DNA of 64,000 bases, from positions 6,921 to 70,920 of the forward strand of contig UQIQ01000001.1 of NCBI GenBank assembly GCA_900541185.1, given 5' to 3'. The DNA comes from an uncultured Collinsella sp. Lineage in GTDB: Bacteria > Actinomycetota > Coriobacteriia > Coriobacteriales > Coriobacteriaceae. The notes below the pieces were generated by a model. The model was not told where the DNA came from. It worked only from the letters and a program-made list of their open reading frames with translations, and made no database searches. Every line of letters starts with the position of its first letter. Positions within the stretch are counted from its first letter, which is position 1. A program made the position numbers and the translations under genes. This document shows positions 1-9,500 of the stretch, one piece after another.

Positions 1-2
1 CC

Positions 3-1196
3 TCGTTTACAACGTCGGTTTCATCAAACGCCATGGCCGTGGTGGACTATCTGTCCAAAAGCATGATGTCGGCGCTGCCGTTTATTGTCTGCGCGGCGTT
101 GTTCCGCACCGTCGCCGTCATTATGGGCGAAGGCATGCTGGGCCTGTGGTCTGCCGATTCCGAAATCTATCGCCTGTTCTACAGTTGGCTCTATAACGCC
201 GGCTACTACTTTTTGCCCATCTATCTTGGTTGGGCGGCCGCCCGCCAGCTCGGTTGCTCGGAGCAGCTGGGTATGATGCTGGGCGGCGTATTGATTGCGC
301 CCGATCTGCTCAAGCTCGTCGATGCCGCATCGACGACGGGGGCATCGATGACTTCCGTGTATGGTCTGCTTCCCGCGCCGGTCAACGATTACACGACGAC
401 TGTTATTCCGGTTCTCATCTCGGTGCCCGTGCTATGGCGAGTGGAGTGTTTCTTTCAGCGCGTTATCCCCAAGGCCGTAGCGTTTTCGTTTGTTCCGTTT
501 GCGACCATGCTTGTCATGGTTCCGGTTTCGCTGTGTATCACGGCGCCGGCGGGCAGCTATCTGGGCATGCTGTTGGGCCAGCTTATGTTTATGCTTGGCA
601 ATTCCGGTGGCATCGTGTCGCTGCTCACGCTCATGGGGCTTGCCGCGGGTTGGGAGTTCCTAAAGATCGCCGGCGTCAGCAACGTCGTCCTATCGCTCGC
701 CTATGCGCAGTTTATGAGTGTGGGAACGGATTCGTGCATCCTGATCGCCGCGACGATGGCAACGTTCGCCGTTTGGGGCATGCCCTTTGGCGCGTCGCTC
801 CGCGTTGCGGATAAGGACGAGAAGGCGCTCATGCTGGGCTATTCAATCTCGGGTGTTCTTGGCGGCGTAAGCGAGCCGGCGCTGTACGGTTGCGGCTTTA
901 AATATGGCAGGTGCCTCACATGCATGGCCATTGGCGGCGCCGTCGGAGGCCTTGTTGCGGCCGTGGGTCACGTTACGGCCTATACCATCGGCATGACGAA
1001 TGTCCTCATGGTCATTGGCTTTGCCACGGGCGGCATCTCGAACCTGCTGTGGTGCTGCGCTGCCGGCGGTGTGGCATTTGCGGTGTCTGCGGCGCTGAGC
1101 TACTGCTTTGGCGTGGTACCGACGAAGGGGCAGGTGGCAGAAGACGAAGCCGATTCGCCCGAAACAGTGGCGAGCGCTGCTGAAGCAAGCGCATAA
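3..1196 (+). CDS. PTS sugar transporter EIIC-domain protein (5' end outside window)
   Basis: Reading frame is open to the window edge. Polytopic hydrophobic protein with a BglF/sucrose-type EIIC-like segment YYFLPIYLGWAAARQLG...GGVLIAPDL. Followed by a terminator. Confidence 0.6.
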   Translation, partial: SFTTSVSSNAMAVVDYLSKSMMSALPFIVCAALFRTVAVIMGEGMLGLWSADSEIYRLFYSWLYNAGYYFLPIYLGWAAARQLGCSEQLGMMLGGVLIAPDLLKLVDAASTTGASMTSVYGLLPAPVNDYTTTVIPVLISVPVLWRVECFFQRVIPKAVAFSFVPFATMLVMVPVSLCITAPAGSYLGMLLGQLMFMLGNSGGIVSLLTLMGLAAGWEFLKIAGVSNVVLSLAYAQFMSVGTDSCILIAATMATFAVWGMPFGASLRVADKDEKALMLGYSISGVLGGVSEPALYGCGFKYGRCLTCMAIGGAVGGLVAAVGHVTAYTIGMTNVLMVIGFATGGISNLLWCCAAGGVAFAVSAALSYCFGVVPTKGQVAEDEADSPETVASAAEASA

Positions 1197-1234
1197 ACCT
1201 GTGTGACAAAAGGACGATTCCTTTGTCATATTCC

Positions 1235-1268
1235 AAGGCCGTGGCCCGTGTGGGTTGCGGCCTTTTTG
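1235..1268 (+). terminator. Intrinsic terminator after the PTS gene
   Basis: AAGGCCG...CGGCCTT stem followed by TTTTT. Confidence 0.6.
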
Positions 1269-1346
1269 TATCTGAAGGACAAAGTGGCTACACTACAATC
1301 CGTTTGAGCAATAGATATATAGGCAGTACCGTGGGGGCGGATGTAG

Positions 1347-2501
1347 ATGGTCGAGTGGATTGTTAAGCGCGCGCAGGGCGACCGTGCGCGCGTGGGCACG
1401 TTGACGGGCATGGTGTGTATTCTCGCTAATGTTGCGCTTTGTGCTGCGAAGGGCGCAATTGGTGTGCTGTCGGGATCGGTTTCGATTGTGGCGGATGCCA
1501 TGAACAACCTGTCCGATGCCAGCTCAAACATTGTGAGCGTGCTGGGCTTTAAACTTGCGAGCAAGCCGGCGGACCCCGAGCATCCTTACGGACATGGCCG
1601 CTACGAGTATCTCTCGGGTCTGGTCGTGGCGGCGCTCGTGCTGCTGATCGGCGTTGAGCTGGTGAAGTCCTCGGTTGAGCGCATCATCCACCCCGAACCT
1701 GTCGAGTTCTCGCTTGCCCTGGTGGCAGTCCTGGCGCTTTCGATGGTCGTAAAGCTCTGGATGGCGGCCCTCAATCAAAAGCTCGGCGATCGCATTGAGT
1801 CCGAGACGCTGCATGCGACCGCGCAGGATTCCAAGAACGATGTCCTTGCCACGGGCGCCGTGTTAGCGTGCGCAATTGTTTCGCAGGTGACGCACATCAA
1901 TCTTGACGCATGGGTCGGCCTTGCCGTTGGCGCCTATATTGGCTGGAGCGGTTTTGAACTCATCCAGGATACGGTGAGCCCGCTTTTGGGCCAGTCGCCC
2001 GATCCTAAGCTGGTCAAGCACATTCGAGACAAGATCATGAGCTATCCCGGCGTTTTGGGCGTTCACGATTTGATGGTTCACGACTACGGCCCGGGCAGGA
2101 AGTTCGCAAGCGCGCATGCCGAGATGGCGGCCGAGGTCAGTCCGCTGGAAAGTCACGACACGCTCGATAACATCGAGCAGTCGTTTAGGAACGAGGACGG
2201 CATGATCGTCACGCTCCATTACGATCCCATCGTGACCGACGATCCAAAGGTGGCGAGCATGCGCCTGCGCATCAACGCAATGGCTCAGGAGATCGATAGC
2301 CGCCTGTCGATTCACGACCTACGCTGTGTGCCGGGCCCTACGCACACCAATGTGATTTTTGACTGCGTGCGACCCTCGGATTTGGCGATGAGCGCCGAGG
2401 ACCTAAAGCGCGCGTTGGCGAAACGGGTCGAATCGGAATATCCCAAGTCGGTCGCCAAAATCGCTATCGACGAAGACTACGTAGGCCATGCCCACGAGTA
2501 A
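1347..2501 (+). CDS. Cation diffusion facilitator (CDF) family metal efflux transporter
   Basis: N-terminal TM region with SVSIVADAMNNLSDA and HPYGHGRYE motifs typical of CDF/CzcD-like proteins, plus a C-terminal cytoplasmic domain. Confidence 0.8.
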   Translation: MVEWIVKRAQGDRARVGTLTGMVCILANVALCAAKGAIGVLSGSVSIVADAMNNLSDASSNIVSVLGFKLASKPADPEHPYGHGRYEYLSGLVVAALVLLIGVELVKSSVERIIHPEPVEFSLALVAVLALSMVVKLWMAALNQKLGDRIESETLHATAQDSKNDVLATGAVLACAIVSQVTHINLDAWVGLAVGAYIGWSGFELIQDTVSPLLGQSPDPKLVKHIRDKIMSYPGVLGVHDLMVHDYGPGRKFASAHAEMAAEVSPLESHDTLDNIEQSFRNEDGMIVTLHYDPIVTDDPKVASMRLRINAMAQEIDSRLSIHDLRCVPGPTHTNVIFDCVRPSDLAMSAEDLKRALAKRVESEYPKSVAKIAIDEDYVGHAHE

Positions 2502-2540
2502 GGCTGTGCCGGCAAAGCAGGTTATGCAGAAGGGGAGAGC

Positions 2541-3167
2541 ATGAAGAAGCTGTATCTACTCCGCCACGGTCAGACGGAGTTCAACGTCAAAAAGCTGGTC
2601 CAGGGCCGCTGCGATTCACCGCTGACCGACCTGGGCCGCAAACAAGCGGGAATGGCAGCCGCATGGCTCAAGGGCCACGACGTTGTCCCCGACAAAGTGG
2701 TCTCTTCGCCCTTAGGCCGAGCTATGGACACGGCTCAGCTCGTCGCATGCAAGCTCCTCGGCCCGGACGCAGCAGCCGAGCCCTGCGAAGGCATCATCGA
2801 GCGCTGCTACGGCACCTTCGAAGAAGGCCCGCACGACGCGCTACCCACCGACGTCTGGGATCCGGGCGAGGACCTGGTCCCCTTCGGAGGAGAAGGAAGC
2901 CAGGCGCTGCAAGAACGTATGGTAGGCGCCCTCACCAATCTCATGGGCTCCGAGGGCATCGAAGCCCTTCTAGCAGTAAGCCACGGCAGCGTCAGCCGCC
3001 AATTCATCAAGGCTGCAGCCCCAGAGGGCTTCGAGCTCCCAGCAAAACTCCCCAACTGCGCCATCATGATCTTCAATTTCGATGAGGCAAAGCCACAAGC
3101 AGAAGGCGAACCGTCCCAATGCAAGTTCACCCTCCAGCAAATAGTGGACCCCCAACAAAGTCATTAG
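2541..3167 (+). CDS. Histidine phosphatase (phosphoglycerate mutase-like) family protein
   Basis: N-terminal LYLLRHGQTEFN catalytic RHG motif. AAGGGGAG RBS upstream. Confidence 0.8.
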   Translation: MKKLYLLRHGQTEFNVKKLVQGRCDSPLTDLGRKQAGMAAAWLKGHDVVPDKVVSSPLGRAMDTAQLVACKLLGPDAAAEPCEGIIERCYGTFEEGPHDALPTDVWDPGEDLVPFGGEGSQALQERMVGALTNLMGSEGIEALLAVSHGSVSRQFIKAAAPEGFELPAKLPNCAIMIFNFDEAKPQAEGEPSQCKFTLQQIVDPQQSH

Positions 3168-3213
3168 CCAGAGCGAGCAGAGTTAAGCAGACATCAACGT
3201 GTCGTCTCCCGAG

Positions 3214-3348
3214 CTTGGCAGAGGGGCGGCGAAATATATTAAGTTTGTCGCGAGTTCCGCACGCAAAGGAAAGCACTTAATGTGCTTTCCGTCTTGCGCA
3301 GGACTGTAGAGCAGCAAACTTAATATATTTCGCCGCCCCTCTGCCAAG
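3214..3348. repeat. 135-bp palindromic element with perfect 34-bp arms
   Basis: Left arm CTTGGCAGAGGGGCGGCGAAATATATTAAGTTTG (3214-3247) is the exact reverse complement of 3315-3348. The interior holds a second hairpin, GGAAAGCAC-ttaa-GTGCTTTCC. Confidence 0.9.
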
Positions 3349-3406
3349 CCCAGGCGACTCCACGCACTTTACCTGCGTAAACAATGTGAGTGAAATATGA
3401 ATCTCG

Positions 3407-3433
3407 ATGGATACGCCCGCAGCCGTGTATACT
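3407..3433 (+). promoter_or_regulatory. 27-nt motif ending in TATACT (candidate promoter/leader element), copy 1
   Basis: ATGGATACGCCCGCAGCCGTGTATACT matches 5272-5298 at 23 of 27 positions. Lies about 190 nt upstream of rplC. Confidence 0.35.
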
Positions 3434-3625
3434 AAACAGCTGTGTGTAACCAGGGGAGTATTCTGACTGGACAAAATGCCTGCTTAATAGGGTTGTCAGG
3501 TAGTCCGGACGCAATACAAGGCTGGGGAGCACGTCGTGTAAGTAGTGGTCCTCTAGGGGCGTACGCTCGGTGGTGTACGCATTGTCCCAAGACCACGCGA
3601 GAGTTGGGATCATATCTTGATCAGC

Positions 3626-4237
3626 ATGATTCTCGGCCGCAAGATTGGCATGACCCAGGTTTGGGACGAGGACGACAACGTCGTTCCCGTCACGGTCATC
3701 CAGGCTGGCCCCTGCGCTGTCTCGCAGGTTAAAACTCAGGCAACCGACGGCTATGACGCCGTCCAGATCGGTTTCGGCGACATCAAGGCCAAGAACGTGA
3801 ACAAGCCCATGGCTGGTCACTTCGCCAAGGCTGGCGTCGAGCCTGTCCGCTTCCTTCGTGAGGTCCGCGTCGAGAACGGCGAGGAGCACAAGGTCGGCGA
3901 GGTCGTCACCGTCGCTGATTTCGCTGATGTCGAGAAGGTCGACGTCATCGGTACCTCCAAGGGTAAGGGCTTCCAGGGTCGCATCAAGCGCTGGGGTCAG
4001 CGCCGCGGTCCTATGACGCATGGTTCTCACTTCCAGCGTCACCCCGGTTCTATCGGTCAGTGCGCCTATCCTGCACGCGTCCTCAAGGGCGTCAAGATGG
4101 CCGGTCACATGGGTAACGAGCGCGTTACCGTCAAGAACCTTTCCGTTGTCCGCATCGATGCCGAGCAGAACCTCATCTTGGTCAAGGGCGCTGTCCCGGG
4201 TGCCAAGAATGGTCTCGTCGCCATCCGTATGGCCTAA
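3626..4237 (+). CDS. rplC: 50S ribosomal protein L3
   Basis: [24 protein letters not shown]... is a typical L3 N-terminus. ATG at 3626; an alternative TTG lies at 3617. Confidence 0.95.
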   Translation: MILGRKIGMTQVWDEDDNVVPVTVIQAGPCAVSQVKTQATDGYDAVQIGFGDIKAKNVNKPMAGHFAKAGVEPVRFLREVRVENGEEHKVGEVVTVADFADVEKVDVIGTSKGKGFQGRIKRWGQRRGPMTHGSHFQRHPGSIGQCAYPARVLKGVKMAGHMGNERVTVKNLSVVRIDAEQNLILVKGAVPGAKNGLVAIRMA

Positions 4238-4283
4238 GGGCCCAGCCCATTTAGCCCAGCGTCATACCAAGGAGAACACTTAA

Positions 4284-4910
4284 ATGGCAAAGTTTGAAGT
4301 AAAGAACAGCGAGGGCAAGAAGGTCGCCGAGGCCGAGCTCGCCGCTGAGGTGTACGGCATCGAGCCGAACATCCACGTTATGCACCACATCGTCAAGTGC
4401 CAGATGGCCTCTTGGCGTCAGGGCACCCAGTCTGCTAAGGGTCGCTCTGAGGTTTCCGGTGGCGGCAAGAAGCCTTGGCGTCAGAAGGGCACCGGCCGTG
4501 CCCGTCAGGGTTCCATCCGTGCTGCCCAGTGGCGTCACGGTGGCGTTGTCTTCGCCCCCAAGCCCCGTTCCTACGCTAAGCGTATGAACAACAAGGAGGT
4601 CAAGCTGGCTATGCGCTCCGCGCTGTCCGCCAAGCTGGCCGATGGCGAGCTCGTGCTCGTCGACGACTACGGCTTCGAGAAGCCTTCCACCAAGGCTGCC
4701 GTCGCCATGCTCAAGGCTCTCGGCCTTGAGGGCAAGCGTCTGACCATCATCGTTCGCGATGAGGACGTCAACGCCTACCTGTCGTTCCGCAACATTCCCA
4801 AGACGTTCATCATCACTGCCGACGAGGCCAACACCTACGATCTCGTCAACAACAACGCTGTGCTGATGCCCGCCGACATCGCCGCTCACTTCGGGGAGGT
4901 GCTTGCATAA
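4284..4910 (+). CDS. rplD: 50S ribosomal protein L4
   Basis: GGGKKPWRQKGTGRARQGS motif; operon position after rplC. Confidence 0.97.
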   Translation: MAKFEVKNSEGKKVAEAELAAEVYGIEPNIHVMHHIVKCQMASWRQGTQSAKGRSEVSGGGKKPWRQKGTGRARQGSIRAAQWRHGGVVFAPKPRSYAKRMNNKEVKLAMRSALSAKLADGELVLVDDYGFEKPSTKAAVAMLKALGLEGKRLTIIVRDEDVNAYLSFRNIPKTFIITADEANTYDLVNNNAVLMPADIAAHFGEVLA

Positions 4911-5198
4911 ATGACCGCCCACGAGATCATCATCCGTCCGATCGTGTCCGAGCGTTCCTTCTCCGGCGTGGAGCTGAACAAGTACACGTTCGAGGTCGCC
5001 AAGGATGCTAACAAGTATCAGATCAAGGACGCTGTCGAGGAGATCTTCGGCGTCAAGGTCGTTCGCGTGAACACCCTGACGGTCAAGCCCAAGACCAAGC
5101 GCGTGCGCTATGTCGCCGGCAAGACCCGTTCTTGGAAGAAGGCCATCGTCACGCTGGCCGAGGGCGACACCATCGAGGTCTTTGGCAACCAGGCCTAA
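4911..5198 (+). CDS. rplW: 50S ribosomal protein L23
   Basis: IIIRPIVSERS... with YTFEV; operon position. Confidence 0.96.
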   Translation: MTAHEIIIRPIVSERSFSGVELNKYTFEVAKDANKYQIKDAVEEIFGVKVVRVNTLTVKPKTKRVRYVAGKTRSWKKAIVTLAEGDTIEVFGNQA

Positions 5199-5271
5199 GA
5201 CTCGCTGCTGTTGAGTGAGCTCATGCCTCCCAAATAGGGGAGGCGGGAGCTCAAGGTTTTGGGCGTATAAA

Positions 5272-5298
5272 ATGGACACGCCCGGAACCGTGTATACG
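5272..5298 (+). promoter_or_regulatory. 27-nt motif ending in TATACG (candidate internal promoter/leader element), copy 2
   Basis: ATGGACACGCCCGGAACCGTGTATACG lies in the unusually long 179-bp rplW-rplB spacer and matches 3407-3433 at 23 of 27 positions. Confidence 0.35.
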
Positions 5299-5377
5299 TC
5301 CGGTGTCATCGCACCCGAGGCAGAACCTCGAATCCCTGTCTGCGATGGCTAACGGATTCCTATTGAAAGGGATTGTA

Positions 5378-6208
5378 ATGGCTGTAAAGCACCTTAAGCC
5401 GACCTCCGCTGGTAGGCGTTGGCAGACGATCTCCGACTTCTCCGAGATCACCTGCACCAAGCCCGAGAAGTCTCTTCTCGAGCCCCTGCCCAAGAAGGCC
5501 GGTCGTAACAACAACGGCCGCATCACCACCCGCCACCAGGGCGGCGGCGTGAAGCGTCGTTACCGCGTGATCGACTTCAAGCGCAACAAGGACGGCGTGC
5601 CCGCCAAGGTTGCCACGATCGAGTACGATCCGAACCGTTCCGCTCGCATCGCTCTGCTGCACTACGCTGACGGTGAGAAGCGCTACATCCTGGCCCCCAA
5701 GGGCCTCGAGGTCGGTCAGACCATCATGTCCGGTTCTGACGCCGACATCAAGCCGGGCAACGCTCTGCCCCTCGCCGACATCCCCGTCGGTACGCTCATC
5801 CACGCCGTCGAGTTCCAGCCGGGCAAGGGCGCTGCTATCGCCCGTTCCGCCGGTAACTCCTGCCAGCTGATGGGTAAGGAGGGCAAGTACGCTATCGTCC
5901 GTATGCCTTCCTCCGAGATGCGCCGCATCCTCGTTACCTGCCGCGCCACCGTCGGCGAGGTCGGCAACGCCGATCACTCCAACATCGTCATCGGCAAGGC
6001 CGGCCGTAAGCGTCACATGAACGTGCGCCCGACCGTCCGCGGTACCGTCATGAACCCTGTCGACCACCCGCACGGCGGTGGCGAGGGCAAGAACCACACC
6101 TCTGGTCGTCCCTCTGTTACCCCCTGGGGTAAGCCGACGAAGGGCCTTCGTACGCGCAAGAAGAAGAAGGTCTCGAACCAGCACATCATTCGTCGCCGTA
6201 AGAAGTAA
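5378..6208 (+). CDS. rplB: 50S ribosomal protein L2
   Basis: [15 protein letters not shown]-terminus and the HPHGGGEG motif. AAAGGGA RBS. The upstream in-frame extension to 5303 was rejected. Confidence 0.97.
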   Translation: MAVKHLKPTSAGRRWQTISDFSEITCTKPEKSLLEPLPKKAGRNNNGRITTRHQGGGVKRRYRVIDFKRNKDGVPAKVATIEYDPNRSARIALLHYADGEKRYILAPKGLEVGQTIMSGSDADIKPGNALPLADIPVGTLIHAVEFQPGKGAAIARSAGNSCQLMGKEGKYAIVRMPSSEMRRILVTCRATVGEVGNADHSNIVIGKAGRKRHMNVRPTVRGTVMNPVDHPHGGGEGKNHTSGRPSVTPWGKPTKGLRTRKKKKVSNQHIIRRRKK

Positions 6209-6240
6209 TTTCGGATACCGAGTTTTAGGAGAAAGCACTT

Positions 6241-6501
6241 ATGAGCAGAAGTCTCAAAAAGGGCCCGTTCGTGGAGACTCGCCTTCTCTCGCGTATCACC
6301 GCGATGAACGAGGCTGGCAAGAAGGACGTCGTGAAGACCTGGTCCCGCGCGTCCACCATCTTCCCCGAGATGGTTGGTCACACCATCGCCGTCCACGACG
6401 GCCGCAAGCATGTGCCCGTGTATGTTACCGAGTCCATGGTTGGTCACAAGCTCGGCGAGTTCGCGCCGACTCGTACGTTCCGTGGCCACAAGGCCAAATA
6501 G
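6241..6501 (+). CDS. rpsS: 30S ribosomal protein S19
   Basis: [12 protein letters not shown]-terminus. Confidence 0.97.
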   Translation: MSRSLKKGPFVETRLLSRITAMNEAGKKDVVKTWSRASTIFPEMVGHTIAVHDGRKHVPVYVTESMVGHKLGEFAPTRTFRGHKAK

Positions 6502-6515
6502 GGGGTTAACCGTAA

Positions 6516-6887
6516 ATGGCAACTAAGTCTATTGAAACTGAGGCCACCGAGGTTCGCGCCGTCGCTAAGTACGTGCGTGTTTCCCCCAGCAAGGCCCGCC
6601 TGGTGGTCGATCTGATCCGCCGCAAGCCTGTCGCTCAGGCTTTCGACATCCTCCACTTCTGCGACCGCGCCGTCGCCGTGGATGTCGAGAAGGTTCTCCG
6701 TTCCGCCGTTGCGAACGCCGAGAACAACAACGGTCTGCGTGCCGACAACCTGGTTGTCGCCGCTGCCTATGTTGACGAGGGTCCGACGCTTAAGCGCATC
6801 CGTCCCCGCGCCAAGGGTTCCGCTTCTCGCATTCTGAAGCGTACTTCCCACATCACCGTCGTCGTTGCTCCTCGAAAGGAGGCGTAA
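6516..6887 (+). CDS. rplV: 50S ribosomal protein L22
   Basis: Operon position plus L22-like sequence ([15 protein letters not shown]). Confidence 0.96.
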   Translation: MATKSIETEATEVRAVAKYVRVSPSKARLVVDLIRRKPVAQAFDILHFCDRAVAVDVEKVLRSAVANAENNNGLRADNLVVAAAYVDEGPTLKRIRPRAKGSASRILKRTSHITVVVAPRKEA

Positions 6888-6893
6888 AGCTGT

Positions 6894-7604
6894 ATGGGTC
6901 AGAAAGTCTACCCCACCGGCTTCCGTCTTGGCATCACCGAGAACTGGCGCTCCCGCTGGTTCGCAGAGAAGGATTACGCTAAGACCCTCGGTAACGATCT
7001 CGAGATCCGCAAGTACCTCGAGAAGCGTCTTTCCCGCGCAGCTGTCTCCCGCGTCGAGATCGAGCGCGCTGGCGACAAGGTGAAGGTCATCATCCTCACC
7101 GCTCGCCCCGGCGTTGTCATCGGTAAGAAGGGTGCCGAGATCGATACCCTCCGCACCGAGCTCGAGAAGGTCGCTGGCGTCTCCAAGGGCCAGCTCTCCG
7201 TCGACGTTGTCGAGATCAAGCGCCCCGAGCTCGACGCCAACCTCGTTGCTCAGTCTATCGCCGAGCAGCTCGAGGGCCGCGTTGCCTTCCGTCGCGCTAT
7301 GCGCAAGGCTGTCCAGTCCGCCCGCAAGGCCGGCGCTAAGGGCATCCGTATCCAGTGCTCCGGTCGTCTCGGCGGTGCCGAGATGGGCCGTCGTGAGTGG
7401 TACCGTGAGGGTCGCGTGCCTTTGCACACCCTCCGTGCCAAGATCGACTACGGCACGGCTGTCGCCAGCACCACCATGGGCGCTTGCGGCGTGAAGGTCT
7501 GGATCTACCTGGGCGAGAAGCTCCCGGGCCAGCCTGTTCCCAACCCTGCACTCGAGGGCTCTTCCCGTCCTCGTCGTCGTAACTCCGAGAGGAGGGGTCA
7601 GTAG
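6894..7604 (+). CDS. rpsC: 30S ribosomal protein S3
   Basis: [15 protein letters not shown]-terminus and a KH domain. Confidence 0.97.
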   Translation: MGQKVYPTGFRLGITENWRSRWFAEKDYAKTLGNDLEIRKYLEKRLSRAAVSRVEIERAGDKVKVIILTARPGVVIGKKGAEIDTLRTELEKVAGVSKGQLSVDVVEIKRPELDANLVAQSIAEQLEGRVAFRRAMRKAVQSARKAGAKGIRIQCSGRLGGAEMGRREWYREGRVPLHTLRAKIDYGTAVASTTMGACGVKVWIYLGEKLPGQPVPNPALEGSSRPRRRNSERRGQ

Positions 7605-8107
7605 TGCTTGCCCCTAAGCGTATTCTTCACCGCAAGGTGCAGCGTGGCTCCATGAAGGGCCAGGCCAAGGGTAATACCGAGCTGCATTTCGGCGAGTTTG
7701 GTATCCAGGCTCTCGAGGCCCATTGGATCACCAACCGTCAGATCGAGGCCGCTCGTATTGCCATGACCCGCTACATGAAGCGTGGCGGTCGTGTCTACAT
7801 CACGATCTTCCCCGATAAGCCCATCACCAAGAAGCCTGCTGAGACTCGCATGGGTTCTGGTAAGGGTAACCCCGAGGAGTGGGTGGCTGTCGTCAAGCCC
7901 GGCCGCATCATGTTCGAGGTCAAGGGCGTGCCCGAGGAGGTCGCTCGCGAGGCTCTGCGTCTTGCACAGCACAAGCTTCCCATCAAGACCAAGATTGTTG
8001 CTGCCAAGAACGCTGAGCAGCGCATCGAGAAGGAGATGGCTGAGGAGGCCGCTCTCGAGGCCAAGTGGGCTGCTGAGGACGCCGCCGCCGCCAAGGAGGA
8101 GAACTAA
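7604..8107 (+). CDS. rplP: 50S ribosomal protein L16 (with Ala/Glu-rich C-terminal extension)
   Basis: GTG start overlaps the rpsC stop. [12 protein letters not shown]-terminus. About 25 extra C-terminal residues ([20 protein letters not shown]). Confidence 0.95.
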   Translation: MLAPKRILHRKVQRGSMKGQAKGNTELHFGEFGIQALEAHWITNRQIEAARIAMTRYMKRGGRVYITIFPDKPITKKPAETRMGSGKGNPEEWVAVVKPGRIMFEVKGVPEEVAREALRLAQHKLPIKTKIVAAKNAEQRIEKEMAEEAALEAKWAAEDAAAAKEEN

Positions 8108-8322
8108 TGAAGCCCGCAGAGATTCGTGAGCTCTCGGACGCTCAGCTCGTTGAGAAGCTGAAGGAAATGCGCGCCGAGCTCTTTAACCTTCGTTTCCAGA
8201 TGGCCACTAGCCAGCTGGACAACACCGCTCGCGTCAACACCGTGAAGAAGGACATCGCTCGCGTCCTCACGGAGCAGCGCGCCCGCGAGATCGCAGCGGA
8301 GAAGTCCGCTGTCGCCGAGTAG
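8107..8322 (+). CDS. rpmC: 50S ribosomal protein L29
   Basis: Operon position; ELFNLRFQ motif. Confidence 0.95.
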   Translation: MKPAEIRELSDAQLVEKLKEMRAELFNLRFQMATSQLDNTARVNTVKKDIARVLTEQRAREIAAEKSAVAE

Positions 8323-8338
8323 GACCTAAGGAGAGAAC

Positions 8339-8599
8339 ATGACTGATTCGCGTAACTCGCGTAAGGTCCGTACGGGTGTCGTTACCTCCGTCTCCGGTGC
8401 CAAGACCATTGTTGTCACCATCACCGAGCGCAAGCGTCACCCCAAGTACGGCAAGATGATGACCAGCTCCAAGAAGCTGCACGCTCACGACGAGGAGTGC
8501 ACGGCTGGCGTGGGCGACACCGTCCGCGTTATGGAGACCCGTCCTATGTCCAAGATGAAGCGTTGGCGCCTCATCGAGGTCGTCGAGCGCGCTAAATAA
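8339..8599 (+). CDS. rpsQ: 30S ribosomal protein S17
   Basis: Operon position; GVVTSVSGAKTIVV...HPKYGK. Confidence 0.95.
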   Translation: MTDSRNSRKVRTGVVTSVSGAKTIVVTITERKRHPKYGKMMTSSKKLHAHDEECTAGVGDTVRVMETRPMSKMKRWRLIEVVERAK

Positions 8600-8717
8600 G
8601 CAGTCGCTCTTACGACTTGTACGTTTCCGAAGATGTGCGTATGCCTGGCTTGCATACCACGGGCCGTATAAAGGCAGCGCACCTCTCTTCGGTTCTTAGT
8701 TCGGAGGAACATCTACC

Positions 8718-9086
8718 ATGATTCAGATGCAAACCATGCTGAACGTCGCCGACAACTCCGGCGCTCGCAAGATTCGCTGCATCAAGGTGCTTGGCGGTTC
8801 CAAGCGTCGTTATGCAGGCATCGGCGATGTGTTCATCGGTGCTGTCCAGGAGGCTACCCCTGGAGCCAACGTCAAGAAGAAGGACGTTGTCCGTTGCGTC
8901 GTCGTTCGCACCGTTAAGGAGATCCGCCGCAAGGATGGCTCCTACATTCGCTTTGATGAGAACGCCTGCGTTGTCATCAACAACGATGGTTCGCCCGTCG
9001 GCACCCGTATCTTCGGGCCTGTCGCTCGCGAGCTTCGTGACAAGAAGTACATGAAGATCGTCTCGCTCGCTCCCGAGACCCTGTAG
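8718..9086 (+). CDS. rplN: 50S ribosomal protein L14
   Basis: [17 protein letters not shown]-terminus. Confidence 0.97.
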   Translation: MIQMQTMLNVADNSGARKIRCIKVLGGSKRRYAGIGDVFIGAVQEATPGANVKKKDVVRCVVVRTVKEIRRKDGSYIRFDENACVVINNDGSPVGTRIFGPVARELRDKKYMKIVSLAPETL

Positions 9087-9099
9087 TTAGGGGAGATAT

Positions 9100-9405
9100 A
9101 TGTATATCAAGAAGGGCGATAAGGTCCAGGTTCTCTCTGGTAAGGATCGCGGCAAGCAGGGCGTTATCCTGCGTGCTCTCCCCGCCGAGAACAAGGTCGT
9201 TGTCGAGGGCGTTTCGGTCGTCAAGAAGGCCGTCAAGCCCAACGCTGCCAACCAGCAGGGCGGCATCGTTTCGCAGGAGGCGCCCATCGATGCCTCCAAC
9301 GTCAATCTCGTCTGCCCCGAGTGCGGTAAGGTTACCCGCGTCGGTCACGAGAAGGACGGCAAGAACAAGCTGCGCGTCTGCAAGAAGTGCGGCCACAAGT
9401 TCTAA
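9100..9405 (+). CDS. rplX: 50S ribosomal protein L24 (with CxxC...CxxC zinc-ribbon-like C-terminus)
   Basis: [24 protein letters not shown] motif, plus CPEC...CKKC. Confidence 0.95.
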   Translation: MYIKKGDKVQVLSGKDRGKQGVILRALPAENKVVVEGVSVVKKAVKPNAANQQGGIVSQEAPIDASNVNLVCPECGKVTRVGHEKDGKNKLRVCKKCGHKF

Positions 9406-9433
9406 GCTGCCCGCAACATCAAGTTGCTAGCAA

Positions 9434-9467
9434 AGGCCCGGATGCCCCACGGCACCCGGGCCTTTTT
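9434..9467 (+). terminator. Intrinsic terminator directly after rplX
   Basis: AGGCCCGG(A)TGCC-ccac-GGCA(C)CCGGGCCT followed by TTTTT. Confidence 0.8.
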
Positions 9468-9474
9468 CTATCCC

Positions 9475-9500
9475 TACTCATTGGGGATACTCATTGGGGA
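9475..9500 (+). repeat. Tandem 13-mer TACTCATTGGGGA x2
   Basis: Exact direct duplication at the left edge of the AT-rich region 9468-9748. Confidence 0.85.

Noticed and set aside
1269-1346. Metal-sensing (NiCo/czcD-type) riboswitch ahead of the CDF transporter.
   Set aside because: Only about 78 nt are available between the terminator and the start codon, and I recognise no conserved core.
3168-3616. A hidden or degraded rpsJ upstream of rplC.
   Set aside because: None of the six frames gives an S10-like peptide. The only ORFs (3277-3474 -, 3442-3732 +) are unrelated, and one overlaps the rplC start.
9100-9405. Zinc-ribbon CPEC...CKKC in L24, the C-terminal extensions of L16 and L17, and zinc forms of S14 and L36 as anomalies.
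   Set aside because: These are probably lineage-typical ribosomal protein variants (C+ zinc forms are common in Gram-positives). They were noted but not judged unusual without a comparative survey.
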